Positions 1 through 6,441 of a DNA stretch of 9,779 bases are shown here, piece after piece. The DNA is from a virus (Duplodnaviria; Heunggongvirae; Uroviricota; Caudoviricetes), in the IMG/VR virus record IMGVR_UViG_2740892231_000007. One strand, given 5' to 3'. The number at the start of each line of letters is the position of its first letter. Positions within the stretch are counted from its first letter, which is position 1. The notes beneath the pieces are model-generated. The model did no database searches and was not told the DNA's origin. It was given only the letters and a program-made list of their open reading frames with translations. A program made the translations under genes and the position numbers.

Positions 1-1242
1 ATGGCGAGAAAAACACCCCCATTAACCACGGTGCAGATCAAAGCAGCCAGACCAGCGGAAAAGGAATACACCCTACAGGACGGCGGAGGGCTTTTTCTCC
101 TGGTCAAACCGTCCGGATCAAAACTCTGGCGATTTTCCTACTACCGGCCATCGGACAAAAAAAGAATATTGCTGAGTTTTGGATCGCTTGATGATGTTTC
201 CCTGGCTGATGCCAGAAAACGCCGTAGCGAGTACAGAGCGTTAATCAGTGCCGGAACTGACCCGCAGGGCCATGAGAAGAAAAAACGAGAGGCAGAGGCC
301 CGAAGACAAGGGAACACGTTCGAAAATGTGGCGGCGGCATGGTACCAGGTGAAAATCAGCCAGAATCTGGCCCCCAACACGATTAAAGACATCTGGCGAT
401 CGCTGGATAAATATGTATTCCCGTTCATCGGCAACACCCCAATAGACACCCTGACCGCTCGCAGGTTCGTTGAGGTGCTTACCCCCATCAAGGAGCGCGG
501 CAACCTGGAAACACTCAAACGGGTTTTACAGCGCGTTAATGAGGTAATGGATTACGCCGCCAACAGTGGGCTGATTGATGCCAATCCGGCTATGAATGTG
601 CGTAAGGCGTTCCCCTCCCCTGTAAAAAAACATATGCCAACAATCCGCCCCGAACAGTTGCCGGAGCTTATGCAGGCTTTATCAGTATCGGCAACAGAAC
701 GGCAGACCAGATTACTGATTGAATGGCAGTTACTGACCGTAACCCGTCCCGCCGAAGCGTCATCAACGCGGTGGGATGAAATCGACCTGGACGCGCAACG
801 CTGGACGATACCCGCCGGACGCATGAAGATGCGCAGGGATCACGTTATCCCACTTTCCGGTCAGGCTATGGCGGTGCTGGAGGCCATGAAACCAATCAGC
901 CACCACCGCGATTATGTTTTCCCGAGTCTGAAAGACCCACGGCAGCCAATGAACAGCCAGACAGCAAACGCAGCATTACGACGCATGGGGTTCGCTGGCG
1001 TGCTGGTGTCTCATGGATTACGCGCCATATTCAGTACAGCAGCGAACGAGGAAGGATTCGAGCCGGACGTAATCGAGGCCGCACTTGCCCACGTCGACAC
1101 TAACGAAGTGAGACGGGCATACAACCGGAGCAACTACATAGAAAAACGCGTGGTGCTTATGCGCTGGTGGGGCGAATTTGTCGAGGCTGCGGCGACGGGC
1201 GTAACCCTCGCCAGTGGTAAAAGGGGTATCCGAGCCGTTTAG
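1..1242 (+). CDS. int: P4-type tyrosine integrase (site-specific recombinase)
   Basis: 413-aa ORF starting at ATG at position 1. N-terminus (KEYTLQDGGGLFLLVKPSGSKLWRFSYY) matches the N-terminal arm domain of P4-like integrases as recalled. C-terminal half carries tyrosine-recombinase motifs readable in the translation: AGRMKMRRDHVIPLS, HGLRA, and RRAYNRSNY with the candidate nucleophile Tyr. Family assignment is from memory, not a search. Confidence 0.9.
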   Translation: MARKTPPLTTVQIKAARPAEKEYTLQDGGGLFLLVKPSGSKLWRFSYYRPSDKKRILLSFGSLDDVSLADARKRRSEYRALISAGTDPQGHEKKKREAEARRQGNTFENVAAAWYQVKISQNLAPNTIKDIWRSLDKYVFPFIGNTPIDTLTARRFVEVLTPIKERGNLETLKRVLQRVNEVMDYAANSGLIDANPAMNVRKAFPSPVKKHMPTIRPEQLPELMQALSVSATERQTRLLIEWQLLTVTRPAEASSTRWDEIDLDAQRWTIPAGRMKMRRDHVIPLSGQAMAVLEAMKPISHHRDYVFPSLKDPRQPMNSQTANAALRRMGFAGVLVSHGLRAIFSTAANEEGFEPDVIEAALAHVDTNEVRRAYNRSNYIEKRVVLMRWWGEFVEAAATGVTLASGKRGIRAV

Positions 1243-1289
1243 CTGTACAGAAAACCAGTAAAAACTACGAAAACCATGTAAAACCGTCG

Positions 1290-1295
1290 TATAAT
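1290..1295 (+). promoter_or_regulatory. Candidate sigma70 -10 element (TATAAT) with upstream direct repeats AAAACCAGTAAAA (1251-1263) and AAAACCATGTAAAA (1270-1283)
   Basis: Perfect TATAAT hexamer at 1290-1295, about 25 bp upstream of the 1320 ORF. No convincing -35 hexamer; two near-identical 13-14-bp direct repeats occupy the -35 region, suggesting factor-dependent control. Confidence 0.35.
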
Positions 1296-1319
1296 TGCAT
1301 CAAATTTAACGACAAGGCC

Positions 1320-1571
1320 GTGAAACATGAAACCGTTAAGATGCAAAAAAATTTCAGATGCAATTGCGACGGGCTGCAACTGGCCCTGATGGTTCAGCAT
1401 GAATTTTGGTCAACCTACGATCCGGAGGACAGAACGACGGCCCCATCAAAAAAACAGGTAGTAGATTTCCTGGTATCCCGTGGGGCATCCAGGAATATGG
1501 CTGAAAGTATCGACAGGGTAGTTCGTCCGGCAACCATGAAGACCGGAGGCAGGCCAAAAAAATGGCGGTAA
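1320..1571 (+). CDS. Hypothetical small protein (83 aa on the ORF track; start uncertain, GTG at 1320 or ATG at 1341)
   Basis: Open frame between int and alpA, ending 10 nt before a strong intrinsic terminator. C-terminus is basic (MKTGGRPKKWR). No strong RBS before either candidate start, so a non-coding RNA is not excluded. No family recognised. Confidence 0.35.
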   Translation: MKHETVKMQKNFRCNCDGLQLALMVQHEFWSTYDPEDRTTAPSKKQVVDFLVSRGASRNMAESIDRVVRPATMKTGGRPKKWR

Positions 1572-1581
1572 CAATCCTCAA

Positions 1582-1606
1582 AGCGGCAGAAATGCCGCTT
1601 TTTTTA
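1582..1606 (+). terminator. Rho-independent terminator
   Basis: Perfect 7-bp stem AGCGGCA / TGCCGCT with GAAA loop, followed by a T7 run (1600-1606), immediately after the stop of the 1320-1571 ORF. Confidence 0.75.
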
Positions 1607-1703
1607 TAAATCCCTTTCAAATCACCAACATAAAAAACGATTCTAACCGTTTAAAAACGGTGGGAACTGTTTTTACCCATATCCGATGATTTACCGTATT
1701 TGT

Positions 1704-1720
1704 CACCGGAATACACCGGA
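1704..1720 (+). promoter_or_regulatory. Direct repeat CACCGGA x2 at 10-bp spacing upstream of alpA
   Basis: CACCGGA at 1704-1710 and 1714-1720, about 20-35 bp upstream of the alpA ATG. A 6-bp-stem palindrome ACCGTT-TAAA-AACGGT lies at 1646-1661. Candidate promoter or operator elements; function unverified. Confidence 0.25.
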
Positions 1721-1738
1721 TTCACAAGGTAAATCACG

Positions 1739-1945
1739 ATGGAAGCAATCAAAAAAGTCATCTTTCGCCAGGAAGTAAAAAAACTTATCCACATCAAGGC
1801 AGACAGCACGCTTCAAAGCATGATCAACGCCGGAGAATTTCCGCAGGGTTTTCGCGTTGGTTTACGCCGTCGCGGATGGTATGAGGAAGACGTAATCGCA
1901 TGGATGAAAGAACGTGAGCAGGAAGCACGCGGAACGGCTGCGTAA
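1739..1945 (+). CDS. alpA: AlpA-family (prophage CP4-57-type) transcriptional regulator / excisionase-like HTH protein
   Basis: 68-aa ORF with AAGGT RBS 8 nt upstream of the ATG. The segment KKLIHIKADSTLQSMINAGEFPQGFRVGLRRRGWYEEDVIAWMKE fits the AlpA/Vis-type HTH pattern as recalled. Position immediately downstream of a P4-type int in the same orientation is typical. Confidence 0.8.
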   Translation: MEAIKKVIFRQEVKKLIHIKADSTLQSMINAGEFPQGFRVGLRRRGWYEEDVIAWMKEREQEARGTAA

Positions 1946-2262
1946 TGGTGTGAGGCATAACACGATGAACATAACAAAAAGCGCCCCGTTGCCGGAACGC
2001 CCTTGTGAACAATTAACCTGCTGCGCCTTATGTGTATGTGATCCCAAACATAAGCACGGGAATGATAGCCGCTATCAGGCTGGTGGGCAATGTAATTACC
2101 CTTTGGGTTCTATGCCGCGTTGCTGTAATTCTTTGCGGATTATTCGCTTTATCCAGGCAGCAAGAGAATCATCGCCGTCATGTTGTTGTGCCTTTTCCAT
2201 CTTTTCCCGTAAGTCAGGATCTAAACGGAACTGGAACGGAGGATTACCACGCCTTTCGTTTT

Positions 2263-2316
2263 TGTGTATTGACACGTTAATTACACCTCATGTAATGTAT
2301 TTATGTGTATTGACAC
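2263..2316 (+). promoter_or_regulatory. Two copies of 13-bp direct repeat TGTGTATTGACAC (2263-2275, 2304-2316), 41 bp apart, with embedded TTGACA
   Basis: Exact 13-bp repeat about four helical turns apart. The first copy contains TTGACA (2269-2274) followed after 16 nt by TGTAAT (2291-2296), a plausible rightward sigma70 promoter. Each copy is followed by a TTACAC motif. Confidence 0.35.
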
Positions 2317-2494
2317 ATTACACACAATCAACACAAAAAGCAAAGCCCGCTGGCGCTATGAACACCAACGGGCTTCTAACCAAACCATTAATTGAGGTAA
2401 CGATTATGGCTATAAAAGAGCATAGCTTACTCTTTATACACACACAAACGCCCCGGAAACAGAATAATCCGTTTCATAGTTCGGTTTTGTGCAC

Positions 2495-2722
2495 TCATCC
2501 TGGCGGTCGGTTTTTGCCGGATTTAAGCCGCCGTGGGTATTTATCGACAAAATCTTCAAGGGCAAATTTTTCTGGTGGCACTAAGCGCGGCGCTGGTGGT
2601 GGTATTTTTGTTCTGGTTAGTTCTTCCTCAAGTCTGGCGCAGGCTTCTGACTGCCTTTGCCGGATGATTTCATCATCTTGCGTTTGCGTGTCTTGTATTG
2701 GTGATAGTGTGTTGTTGGTCAT
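2495..2722 (-). CDS. Hypothetical protein (75 aa), second gene of the leftward unit
   Basis: Minus-strand ORF 57 nt downstream of the RHH gene, with an AGGG RBS-like motif about 7 nt before the ATG. Translation is charged and Pro-rich (MTNNTLSPIQDTQTQDDEIIRQRQSEACARLEEELTRTKIPPPAP...), protein-like, whereas the overlapping plus-strand frame is Cys/Ser-rich. No family recognised. Confidence 0.45.
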   Translation of the reverse strand: MTNNTLSPIQDTQTQDDEIIRQRQSEACARLEEELTRTKIPPPAPRLVPPEKFALEDFVDKYPRRLKSGKNRPPG

Positions 2723-2779
2723 GATACTGCCCTGTAAAGCAATGCGCCGTAGTACCTCACACCACGGCGCTGATAGTGA

Positions 2780-2959
2780 TTATTCTGATTCTTTGGCCTT
2801 GCGGCGCTGGCGGCGTTTGATCTCGCCTCGCATGGCTGTAACGATAAATTGCGCAGTGCTCTCGCCTGTTTCTTTTACTTGCTCCATAGCCTCAACAACT
2901 TCATGCGGGGCGCGAGCCTGTAATTTCTGTGATTTGTTATTGATATGGTCTCTTTCCAT
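2780..2959 (-). CDS. Ribbon-helix-helix (Arc/CopG-like) DNA-binding protein, candidate repressor (59 aa)
   Basis: Not on the ORF track because it is short; found by reverse-complementing 2780-2959. ATG at 2959 with AGGGAAG RBS 5 nt upstream, TAA stop at 2780-2782. Translation: MERDHINNKSQKLQARAPHEVVEAMEQVKETGESTAQFIVTAMRGEIKRRQRRKAKESE. Pattern of short beta-strand (KLQARAP), helix (HEVVEAMEQVKE), G-x-S/T turn (TGES) and second helix (TAQFIVTAMRGEIKRR) fits the RHH fold. Its promoter overlaps palindrome P1. Confidence 0.55.
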   Translation of the reverse strand: MERDHINNKSQKLQARAPHEVVEAMEQVKETGESTAQFIVTAMRGEIKRRQRRKAKESE

Positions 2960-2979
2960 TTCTGCTTCCCTTTGTGATT

Positions 2980-3078
2980 ACTGGAATCCAGTATACACGA
3001 AAAAGACCAAAACAAAACGCTTGAAGTGGATTCCACTTAGTGATTATACTGGAATCCAGTTGAGTGTTTATCACTCAA
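2980..3078. promoter_or_regulatory. Divergent control region: three related perfect palindromes overlapping back-to-back promoters, plus a leader inverted repeat
   Basis: P1 ACTGGA-A-TCCAGT at 2980-2992; P2 AAGTGGA-T-TCCACTT at 3024-3038; P3 ACTGGA-A-TCCAGT at 3048-3060. Half-sites ACTGGA and AGTGGA differ at one base. Centre spacing is 45 and 23 bp. A TATACT -10-like hexamer overlaps P3 on the plus strand (3045-3050, with TTGAAG -35-like at 3021-3026, 18-bp spacer) and overlaps P1 on the minus strand (2990-2995). A further inverted repeat TTGAGTG-TTTAT-CACTCAA (3060-3078) lies in the rightward leader. Confidence 0.55.
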
Positions 3079-3155
3079 TGCAAACGAGGCAGAAAAGGAT
3101 TGCCGTCCTTTCGCAGCCTCTGACCACCAACGATAGCAACAGTATCGAGGTAGCT

Positions 3156-3356
3156 ATGAGAAATCATATCACACACCCGCAAGGGCGGGACCCGCACAAC
3201 CTGAATAAATACATCTGGCGTTTTATCGCCCTGAGCACGGCTAAGCCGCGCGTAATCCACATCGTGGCCACCAGCGAACAGGAAGCCCGTCGGCAATCAC
3301 CGGCTGGCTGCGTGATGGTATTCACTGCCCGTATTCGTCAGGGGGTGGACTTATGA
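3156..3356 (+). CDS. Small protein (66 aa), possibly Icd-like (host cell division inhibitor family); first gene of rightward operon
   Basis: ATG at 3156 preceded by GAGGT RBS; in frame with the C-terminal end of the long 1914-3356 frame but only this terminal part looks protein-like (MRNHITHPQGRDPHNLNKYIWRFIALSTAKPRVIHIVATSEQEARRQSPAGCVMVFTARIRQGVDL). The W.F.A ... hhhhA.SE.EARR ... F.ARI pattern resembles Icd-like proteins of P4-like prophages as recalled; low-certainty recall. Stop overlaps the next start (ATGA). Confidence 0.5.
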   Translation: MRNHITHPQGRDPHNLNKYIWRFIALSTAKPRVIHIVATSEQEARRQSPAGCVMVFTARIRQGVDL

Positions 3357-3586
3357 GCCAGGAAATCACACTACAACAGGCAGCAGAACGCGCCCACCAA
3401 ATCGAAGTTATTTGCGCACTGGCAGAGGATTACCCTGGCATGATGACCGACAGCGAATCAGGGGCAATCATCGGCTTACTTAAACGCCTTAGCGGTGAGG
3501 TCTGCGTATTCCTGAGCGATGAGCAGGAAAGAAGAACGCTTATTTCTAACGAAAAAAAATGCGGAGGGGTACACCATGTGCAATAA
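3353..3586 (+). CDS. Hypothetical small protein (77 aa)
   Basis: ATG overlaps the upstream stop (ATGA at 3353-3356), GGGGTGG RBS-like upstream. Acidic, helical-looking translation. No family recognised. Confidence 0.5.
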   Translation: MSQEITLQQAAERAHQIEVICALAEDYPGMMTDSESGAIIGLLKRLSGEVCVFLSDEQERRTLISNEKKCGGVHHVQ

Positions 3587-4043
3587 CATCCGTCCGGACG
3601 CAACCGCCGCCGCGCTCACTACGCTGATGCTCGCGCTTATTGATATTTCTGTTATTGCTGACAGGGCGCATAAGCACGCCACCAGTGAAACAGAATATGC
3701 AGGGGCTTTCGTTCCTCATTCGCTGGCGGTTATGCAACTTAGTGCTGATATGGCGCTGAATGAGGCCAAAGCCATCCTGATTGCTGATTGTGAAAATGGG
3801 GGGGGGGTTATGCGTGATGATCGTTTTAATTCCCTGAAACAGGAATTTTCCGGCGTTCCTGATGATGCGGCTGATGCGCTTTCGTCAATGCCAGAACTTA
3901 TTAGAGCGGCTTTTTTCTTACTTTCCACGAGAGAATATAAATCAACGGGGCTTGATGTACTGAATATCGCCGCCGATTATGCGGAATATGTGGCAGAGGC
4001 GCGTTACAGAAGAAAATTTCCTGAGGATGTAAGCCATGCGTGA
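3576..4043 (+). CDS. Hypothetical protein (155 aa) containing an in-frame G10 homopolymer
   Basis: Start chosen at ATG 3576 (GGAGGGG RBS 6 nt upstream) rather than the track's 3519; overlaps the upstream gene by 11 nt. A G10 run at 3798-3807 encodes Gly-Gly-Gly and is followed by an in-frame ATG at 3810. No family recognised. Confidence 0.5.
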   Translation: MCNNIRPDATAAALTTLMLALIDISVIADRAHKHATSETEYAGAFVPHSLAVMQLSADMALNEAKAILIADCENGGGVMRDDRFNSLKQEFSGVPDDAADALSSMPELIRAAFFLLSTREYKSTGLDVLNIAADYAEYVAEARYRRKFPEDVSHA

Positions 4044-4269
4044 TATTTACCACGAAACAACAGATCGCGTATTTCTTGCACTTTCTCACAGTGAAAATAT
4101 GATGGAAATATTGCGCATATGGCTTGAAACACTTGGCGACAATGAACGCGACAAACAAAAATCAAGAATTGCCACGGCATTAATAACGCTTCTTGAGCCT
4201 GTAATAAATGAGTTGCAGGAAATAGAGACATTGCACGACAGATATAACGAACAGCACACCGGAGAATAA
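4036..4269 (+). CDS. Hypothetical small protein (77 aa)
   Basis: ATG at 4036 overlaps the upstream stop by 8 nt, AGGATG RBS-like upstream. AT-rich codon usage compared with neighbours. No family recognised. Confidence 0.5.
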   Translation: MRDIYHETTDRVFLALSHSENMMEILRIWLETLGDNERDKQKSRIATALITLLEPVINELQEIETLHDRYNEQHTGE

Positions 4270-4274
4270 AAATA

Positions 4275-4574
4275 ATGAAACTTAAATATTCTGGCTTAAC
4301 TGCCAGTGGCAACACTCACCCTAAATTTACGCGCGGTGATATTTACCGCGACCAGTACGGCGGTACGGTAATGATTAAGGGCGTGGCGGGACGGTGCGTA
4401 ACTTACCGCCGTGAAGGTTACGAATATGATTGCGTGATGCCTGTTTATCAGTTCCGGCGTGATTTTTCTCTGGTACAGACCGCGCCGCATAACGTGCCCA
4501 CCAGCAACGCCAGGGCACGGGCAAACATCCAGAAGCTGAAAACAATGATTAACGGATTCAGGGGTAAAAAATGA
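4275..4574 (+). CDS. Hypothetical protein (99 aa), translationally coupled to rep
   Basis: GGAGAA RBS 8 nt upstream of ATG 4275; stop overlaps the rep start (ATGA at 4571-4574). No family recognised. Confidence 0.55.
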   Translation: MKLKYSGLTASGNTHPKFTRGDIYRDQYGGTVMIKGVAGRCVTYRREGYEYDCVMPVYQFRRDFSLVQTAPHNVPTSNARARANIQKLKTMINGFRGKK

Positions 4575-5980
4575 AACTGGCACCGAACGTAAAACGATTA
4601 CCGAAAGATAAATACACCGATGCGATTATTTTTGCGGGTATTGATGCTCATTCATTCGCAGAGCATTACATCATTGCACAGGCCAAAAAAGCAGGCGATC
4701 CAGTCCCTCCCGTTTATCTGGGGCGTTATCAGTTAAGCGAACTGGATAACCTCCAGATTGTTGATGATGGGCGATACAGGGCGACGGTGATACGCGCCGG
4801 AAATATTGAAGAGCCGCAGCTGTTAACCATCGCCACGAAACTGGCGAGCGCCGGAGTCCAGGAGGCGCGGCTACTTTCTGAAAATTTCGAATTGCTGGAG
4901 GAATGGAGCGACCAGCTTCCACGGCTTAGGGAGGCATGGGAACGCGGGGAAAGCCTGGTCATGAAAAAAATCCCCCAGCGAAAAACCAAGCTACCAATGA
5001 GCGTTGGATCTACCGGATACGACACACAGCTTGATTACGTGGTAAAGGGGATTATTCCGGCATCGTCGCTTTGCAGCATATACGGGGCGAGCGGTTCCTA
5101 TAAATCATTCCTTGCCGGATCGTGGGCGTGTCACGTTTCCACGGGCCGCCAGTGGGGAGGCCGCAGGGTGGCGCATGGCGCTGTTCTCTATGTGGTTGGT
5201 GAAGGCGGTATAGGCGTTCCGCGTCGTGTAAAAGCCTGGGAGGTTGTGCACGATGAGCAGGTGAAAAATCTGTATCTGGTAAACCGTCCCATCTTTCCGG
5301 CTGCCCCGCTTGATATTGATGAAATGGTTATCGCTGCCAGCCAGGTGGAGCGGGAAACGGGTAAACCTGTTCGCATGATTATTCTGGACACGCTGGCGCG
5401 TTGCTTTGGCGGCAATGATGAAAATGACTCCCGCGACATGGGGGGATTTATCCGTGGTTGTGACGAGCTTAAACGGCGCACAGGGGCTACGGTGCTGGTG
5501 GTTCACCATTCCGGCAAGGATGAAACAAAGGGGGCGCGTGGTTCCAGTGCATTTCGTGCATCACTGGACGCTGAATACCGGATACGCAGGGAGGACGCAG
5601 GAAGCGAAGCGCTGGTTATCTCATGCACCAAAATGAAGGACGCGGAGGAACTCAAAGAGGCTGCCTATGATTTGCGGGTGGTGGAGCTTTTTACCGACGC
5701 TGACGGGGAGTTAATCACGTCGCTGGTGGTGGTGGATAAGCCGCGTCCTCCCGTTGAACTGGAGCGCATCGAAGAGGCTGGCAACAAGACGGAGAATCAT
5801 GCTGCGCTATGGGGATGTATCCGGTCACGCACACAGCACGGCGACAAGTGCACGATCCCGCTGTTACGTGACGATATGAAAAAGCTGGGGTACGAAATGA
5901 AAAACTTCAGCCGCTGGCTACGCAAGCTGGAAAAAGACGGGGTTATTTATATCGACGGTGATGATGTAGGCCCTCTGTAA
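4571..5980 (+). CDS. rep: Replication initiator / helicase-like protein with RecA-like (AAA_25-type) ATPase core and C-terminal DNA-binding-like tail
   Basis: 469-aa ORF. P-loop-like GASGSYKS, Walker-B-like hydrophobic run ending in Asp (RMIILDTLA), and VLVVHHSGKD motif typical of RepA/DnaB-like RecA-fold replication ATPases as recalled. Basic C-terminal segment (MKKLGYEMKNFSRWLRKLEKDGVIYI) is a plausible winged-helix iteron binder. Iteron array begins 1 nt after the stop. Confidence 0.85.
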   Translation: MKLAPNVKRLPKDKYTDAIIFAGIDAHSFAEHYIIAQAKKAGDPVPPVYLGRYQLSELDNLQIVDDGRYRATVIRAGNIEEPQLLTIATKLASAGVQEARLLSENFELLEEWSDQLPRLREAWERGESLVMKKIPQRKTKLPMSVGSTGYDTQLDYVVKGIIPASSLCSIYGASGSYKSFLAGSWACHVSTGRQWGGRRVAHGAVLYVVGEGGIGVPRRVKAWEVVHDEQVKNLYLVNRPIFPAAPLDIDEMVIAASQVERETGKPVRMIILDTLARCFGGNDENDSRDMGGFIRGCDELKRRTGATVLVVHHSGKDETKGARGSSAFRASLDAEYRIRREDAGSEALVISCTKMKDAEELKEAAYDLRVVELFTDADGELITSLVVVDKPRPPVELERIEEAGNKTENHAALWGCIRSRTQHGDKCTIPLLRDDMKKLGYEMKNFSRWLRKLEKDGVIYIDGDDVGPL

Positions 5981-6185
5981 AAAGTGAGGCGCAAAAGTGA
6001 GGACAATGAGGAATTGCACGAAAAACCCCCTGAACTCCTCACTTTTCAACGTATATATACCCCAAAAAGTGAGGAGCAAAAAAAATCCTTATGGAACATG
6101 CACATACAAAACACAAAAATCTCAAGTGAGACGAAGCGAGACGCTTTAAAAAGTGAGGCGTAAAAGTGAGCATGAGTGAGGAGAT
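5981..6185. repeat. Iteron-type origin of replication: multiple copies of AAAGTGAGG with AT-rich spacer
   Basis: AAAGTGAGG at 5981-5989, 5994-6002, 6066-6074, 6150-6158; 8/9 copy at 6163-6170; degenerate copies near 6004-6012, 6123-6131, 6175-6181; inverted copy CCTCACTTT at 6037-6045. Pairs are spaced 13 bp. AT-rich tracts GTATATATAC (6051-6060) and A8 (6078-6085). Sits directly downstream of rep. Confidence 0.65.
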
Positions 6186-6192
6186 AACCAAA

Positions 6193-6441
6193 ATGCGCAG
6201 AGACAGAACAGAGCCGAAATATAAAGCGTTAGACATGACAGAGCACGCCTTAAAGGTGGCAATCAGGGTAATAGACCGCCACGCGGGGGAAGGATACGCG
6301 AAGGAACATCCCGACCTGATAAGCGCATTCATGACCACGGCGGCGGCAAACTTTGCCACGCTGACAGAACGGGAGATTGCCGAAGCGGAACAGGTAACAA
6401 CCATCAACGTAAAAACCGGAGAGTCAGGCGATGATACATGA
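6193..6441 (+). CDS. Hypothetical small protein (about 82 aa; start uncertain among GTG 6166, ATG 6172, ATG 6193)
   Basis: ORF overlapping the last iterons at its 5' end. ATG 6193 has a GAGGAG motif 11 nt upstream. Stop overlaps the next gene by 11 nt. No family recognised. Confidence 0.45.
   Translation: MRRDRTEPKYKALDMTEHALKVAIRVIDRHAGEGYAKEHPDLISAFMTTAAANFATLTEREIAEAEQVTTINVKTGESGDDT

Noticed and set aside
141-824. Minus-strand ORFs (141-518, 552-824) inside the integrase gene
   Set aside because: Fully embedded antisense to a well-supported integrase ORF; translations are Ser/Arg/Cys-rich without recognisable motifs. Typical antisense shadow frames.
1354-1620. Minus-strand 88-aa ORF overlapping the int-alpA small ORF and its terminator
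   Set aside because: It would start inside the terminator hairpin region and its translation is Pro/Trp/Cys-rich. The plus-strand unit with promoter and terminator is the more coherent reading.
2032-2280. Plus-strand 82-aa hydrophobic ORF (GTG start) as a small membrane protein
   Set aside because: No RBS, GTG start, many rare codons, and it overlaps an equally weak minus-strand 34-aa frame. Left unassigned and described under findings.
3075-3296. Minus-strand 73-aa ORF across the control region and first operon gene
   Set aside because: It would read through the palindromic operators and the better-supported plus-strand gene 3156-3356; no RBS and non-protein-like composition.
1914-3356. 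Long 480-aa plus-strand ORF as a single large protein
   Set aside because: Translation is low-complexity and Cys/Ser-rich with rare codons, its start lies inside alpA in another frame, and it runs antisense through two better-looking minus-strand genes. Only the terminal 3156-3356 segment, which has its own RBS, is kept as a gene.
3476-4315. Several minus-strand ORFs (3476-3682, 3546-3737, 3716-3928, 3901-4158, 4004-4315) antisense to the small-gene operon
   Set aside because: All overlap the tightly coupled plus-strand genes, which have RBSs and start-stop overlaps; the minus frames have neither.
4296-5636. Minus- and plus-strand ORFs nested in rep (4296-4583, 4671-4922, 4729-5025, 5105-5509, 5188-5481, 5406-5636)
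   Set aside because: Embedded in the rep ORF, whose ATPase motifs establish the true frame. Shadow ORFs.
5981-6185. Short repeat array considered as a possible CRISPR array
   Set aside because: Repeats are only 9 bp, irregularly spaced (10-80 bp), include an inverted copy and directly follow a replication gene. This is an iteron origin, not a CRISPR locus.
6039-6407. Minus-strand 122-aa ORF across the iteron region
   Set aside because: Runs through the iteron array and antisense to the downstream plus-strand genes; composition is Ser/Cys-rich and it lacks an RBS.
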